Assembly: GCA_947259075.1 (NCBI GenBank)
Contig: CAMYKQ010000038.1
Location: 18,750 to 82,749, forward strand
From: an uncultured Gammaproteobacteria bacterium
GTDB lineage: Bacteria; Pseudomonadota; Gammaproteobacteria; DRLM01
Reading direction: 5' to 3'
Length of the DNA stretch: 64,000 nt
Shown here: in pieces, positions 61,315 to 64,000 of the stretch
Layout of the letters: each line of letters begins with the position of its first letter
Position numbering within the stretch: position 1 is the stretch's first letter
Notes under the pieces: generated by a model
Told to the model about the DNA's origin: nothing
The model's input: the letters and a program-made list of their open reading frames with translations, nothing else
The model's database searches: none
Position numbers and translations under genes: made by a program

Positions 61315-62594
61315 GGGAAGCGTCCTTGCACCAGTTGCGAGCGAAAGCTGACATTGCCGGCGGGGTCCAGGGCTTGCACCACCAGCACATTGCTGCCGCT
61401 CTCCAATTCGAGCTCATATTCGAAGTCGCCGTCGGCCCGCGGGGTGACCGGCTTGCCGGCGATCAGCAGCCGTGCGCCGGGCTCGGTGTGGCCGCGCACT
61501 CTTTGTTTGGACTCAGTGGTGATAGCCGGAGGAAATTCCACGCTCAGCAGCGGCGGGTCGGTGTCGCGCACTAATTCGAAGGCGCGCGCCGCGCTGGGCG
61601 GGCTTTCCGCCAAGGACGTCAGGCCGCTGACCCGCCAATAGTATTTCCCCGGCTTTAAATTGCCGTGAGTGTAGTGTTTCTCGGCGAGCGTGGTGGAGAT
61701 CACGATGTTGCCGAAGGCGGGATCGCGCGCCAGACTGAAATGAAAACGTTCCGTTTTTTCCTTCGTGTCCCAGCGGAATTGCACTTGCGGCGCTAGATCG
61801 CGGTAGTAATACACGCTGGCGTCGCCGGGTGCCGTGGGCAGCGGCGCCTTGGGCGGGGTGATGGCGCGGGTCGCCACGCCCGCGTCGCTGATGGTGGCGG
61901 CTTGATTGGCTTCGATGCGCAAGGCTTTGCCGCTGGCGGTGAGTAATTCCGCCATGCCGCTGAACACCGCGAGGGTGGATGTGTTATCGGGATTCACGGT
62001 GATCTTGAAGTCGGTCTCGCCCCGCGCCGCGGCGGTGGAGCTTAGCCGCGCCACGCCGTTGGGCGTGGCGACTTCCAAATGAATCGCGTCGCCGCTACTG
62101 GCCGTGAGTGTGCCGGACAGTTCGCCGTCCACCGCCATGGAGAAGGCGCGCCGGCCGCGCAATATAGGATCGCTTTCCATGCGGCGTATCACCACCAGCG
62201 AGTTCTCGCCCAGTTGCAGACGGTTATTTTCATCGAAGGCGATGACCGCCGTGGCGCCTTTCTGTGTTTGCACGGCGTCGCGATCGCGCAGCGCCATGCC
62301 GGCTTGGGCGTCGCGCCAGGCAATGGCGTCGGCCTGTTTGCTTTTCACCGTTTGCTGCGTGGTGCTGAGGGTGGCTACCACCGAGCTCGCATCGCCCAAA
62401 TGACCGTCCGCGCCGGGTCCCGACACCAATATATCCCGTCCGCCGGCGCCGCCGCGCGCCGCGCCCTTATCGCCGCGCATCAGGTCTTGGAAGCCGGTGC
62501 CGAGGGGAAAGAAGGTTTGCATCATGCCGAGGATGATGGCAAAGAAAACCAGCACCAAAACGATCGCGGCGACCGTTTCGGCGGATTTCGCCAT
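61311..62594 (-). CDS. single-pass membrane protein with FecR-like, FN3-like and C-terminal Ig domains
   Basis: N-terminal TM. FecR-like W..AQAGM.L..RDAVQT..A.I.F..LQLGENS. FN3-like LKPGKYYWRV. C-terminal GHTEPG..DPAGN. ATGA overlap with the kinase; start 62594 or 62621. Confidence 0.75.
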   Translation of the reverse strand: MAKSAETVAAIVLVLVFFAIILGMMQTFFPLGTGFQDLMRGDKGAARGGAGGRDILVSGPGADGHLGDASSVVATLSTTQQTVKSKQADAIAWRDAQAGMALRDRDAVQTQKGATAVIAFDENNRLQLGENSLVVIRRMESDPILRGRRAFSMAVDGELSGTLTASSGDAIHLEVATPNGVARLSSTAAARGETDFKITVNPDNTSTLAVFSGMAELLTASGKALRIEANQAATISDAGVATRAITPPKAPLPTAPGDASVYYYRDLAPQVQFRWDTKEKTERFHFSLARDPAFGNIVISTTLAEKHYTHGNLKPGKYYWRVSGLTSLAESPPSAARAFELVRDTDPPLLSVEFPPAITTESKQRVRGHTEPGARLLIAGKPVTPRADGDFEYELELESGSNVLVVQALDPAGNVSFRSQLVQGRFP

Positions 62595-62807
62595 AGCTGA
62601 CTTTAGCCGTCCAGGCACCATGTTGTTGCGCAGTCCTCGTCATCGCTAAGCACAAGCGTTTGTCCCCAATAAAATTTCGGTCTCTCGGGGGAGAACTTGA
62701 GCCGGGGCGGGACGGTGGGCGGGGCTGCGCTCGCCCTTGGTTTATCAGTGGTTAAAACAAGGGTTTGCGAGGCTCGCGGTGCGGAGGCGATCGCCGGGGG
62801 CCGGCGT

Positions 62808-64000
62808 TTAGCCGGCGTTCAGACGGTTCTCGACGTGGGCCTCGTCGCGCAGGCGGGTCAGCCAGGTTTGGAGTTCTTCGTCTATTTTGCGCTGGCGCAG
62901 GGCCTCGCGCGCCTGGCCGCGCATGAGGTTGGCGGTGTTGTCGTGACGGCGCCGCTCCAGCACTTGCACGATGTGCCAGCCGAAGTTGCTTTTAAAGGGC
63001 TGGCTGATCTCGCCCTCGCCCAAGACATTCATCGCTTTTTCAAAGTCCGGGGTCATGTCGCCGGGATTGGCCCAGCCCAGGTCGCCGCCGTTGGCCGCCG
63101 AGGCGGTGTCGTCCGACAGTTCCCGCGCCAGTTGCGCGAAATCCGCGTCCTGTTCGAGGCGGGCCCGCGCATCACGCAGCTGTTTTTCCGCGGTGCCGTC
63201 GCTGGTCATTTCGTCGGGGCGGATGAGGATGTGGCGGGCGTGGGTTTGGGTGACGATCTGGCGCTGGCCGTTACGTTTATCCAGTAATTTGATGATGTGA
63301 TAGCCGCTGGCGCTGCGGATCACGTCGCTGACGCCGCCCTTGTCCATGGCCGTCACCGCTTCGGTGAACAGGGTCGGCAGTTCCGCGAGCTTGCGCCAGC
63401 CCAGGTCGCCGCCTTCCAAGGCTTGCTGGCCGTCGGAGACCGCGATCGCGGTTTCTTGGAAATCGGCGCCGGCGCGCAGATTTTTTAGCGTGTCCTCCGC
63501 CTTTTCGCGCGCGGCGCGCAGGCGCTCGGGAGAGGCGGCGTCGGGCACGGCGATGAGGATATGGGCGAGATGGAATTCTTCGCCGGCATTGCCCTGCGCC
63601 TGCTGGGTGGCGAGGAAATTGTCGATTTCTTGTTCGGAGATGGTGACGCGGTCGGCGATTTGGCGCTGTTGCACGCGGCTGATGAGGATTTCCTTGCGAA
63701 TGTCTTCGCGGAAGGTGGCGAAGTCATAGCCGTCTTGCTCCAGCACGGCGCGGAATTCGCTGAGGCTCATGCGGTTTTCCTCGGCGATGCGGGCGATGGT
63801 GCGGTTGAGGGTTTCGTCATCCACCCGCACCCCGGAGCGCTCGGCCAATTGCAATTGCAGGCTGGCGAGGATCATGCGGTCGAGCACCTGTTTTTCCAGC
63901 ACGGCCTGCGGCGGCATGGGCGCGCGCTGTTGCTGCAGCTGTTGTTTGACGGTGCGCAGGCGGTTATTCAATTCGCCGCGGGTAATCACGTCGTTGTTGA
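62808..64000 (-). CDS. surA: periplasmic chaperone/PPIase SurA, 5'-truncated by the window edge
   Basis: VNNDVITRGEL, SurA N-domain, two parvulin domains (HILI..GGDLGW..HII/HIV), W..RLRDEAHVE. Confidence 0.95.
   Translation of the reverse strand, partial: NNDVITRGELNNRLRTVKQQLQQQRAPMPPQAVLEKQVLDRMILASLQLQLAERSGVRVDDETLNRTIARIAEENRMSLSEFRAVLEQDGYDFATFREDIRKEILISRVQQRQIADRVTISEQEIDNFLATQQAQGNAGEEFHLAHILIAVPDAASPERLRAAREKAEDTLKNLRAGADFQETAIAVSDGQQALEGGDLGWRKLAELPTLFTEAVTAMDKGGVSDVIRSASGYHIIKLLDKRNGQRQIVTQTHARHILIRPDEMTSDGTAEKQLRDARARLEQDADFAQLARELSDDTASAANGGDLGWANPGDMTPDFEKAMNVLGEGEISQPFKSNFGWHIVQVLERRRHDNTANLMRGQAREALRQRKIDEELQTWLTRLRDEAHVENRLNAG

Noticed and set aside
62622..62807. att sites or target duplications at the cassette borders (compared with 45613-45693)
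   Set aside because: No shared direct or inverted repeat and no recombinase seen, so the cassette is not annotated as a mobile element.

Overview
GC-rich gammaproteobacterial chromosome segment, probably from a sulfur-metabolising environmental lineage (inferred from a dissimilatory-type sat, PEP-CTERM genes and gene order). Housekeeping blocks are hslVU-DUF971-ubiE-RDD-ubiJ-ubiB, lysA, trmL, glnA-glnL-glnG, glyQ-glyS-gmhB-plsC and surA/pdxA/rsmA. They are interleaved with many signalling genes: five GGDEF proteins, two accessory histidine kinases, an MCP and a STAND-LuxR regulator. Two PEP-CTERM genes share a sigma54/enhancer promoter layout, and there is a decayed IS5 relic. The standout is a ~17 kb same-strand cassette splitting the normally contiguous surA-pdxA genes. 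It encodes a FecR/Ig membrane protein, a Cache-HAMP histidine kinase, three tandem REC-GGDEF proteins (one degenerate), a 203-aa secreted DUF11-like protein and a ~3,030-aa Calx-beta/DUF11/OmpA/beta-barrel surface protein. The last two share a 25-residue Asn-containing N-terminal peptide, and the small protein's DUF11 domain appears to lack its own Asn strands. This suggests an undescribed donor-strand, possibly isopeptide-cross-linked fimbria anchored on the giant protein and linked to c-di-GMP signalling. No rRNA, tRNA or CRISPR array was recognised. All family calls are by motif recognition only; no database searches were run.
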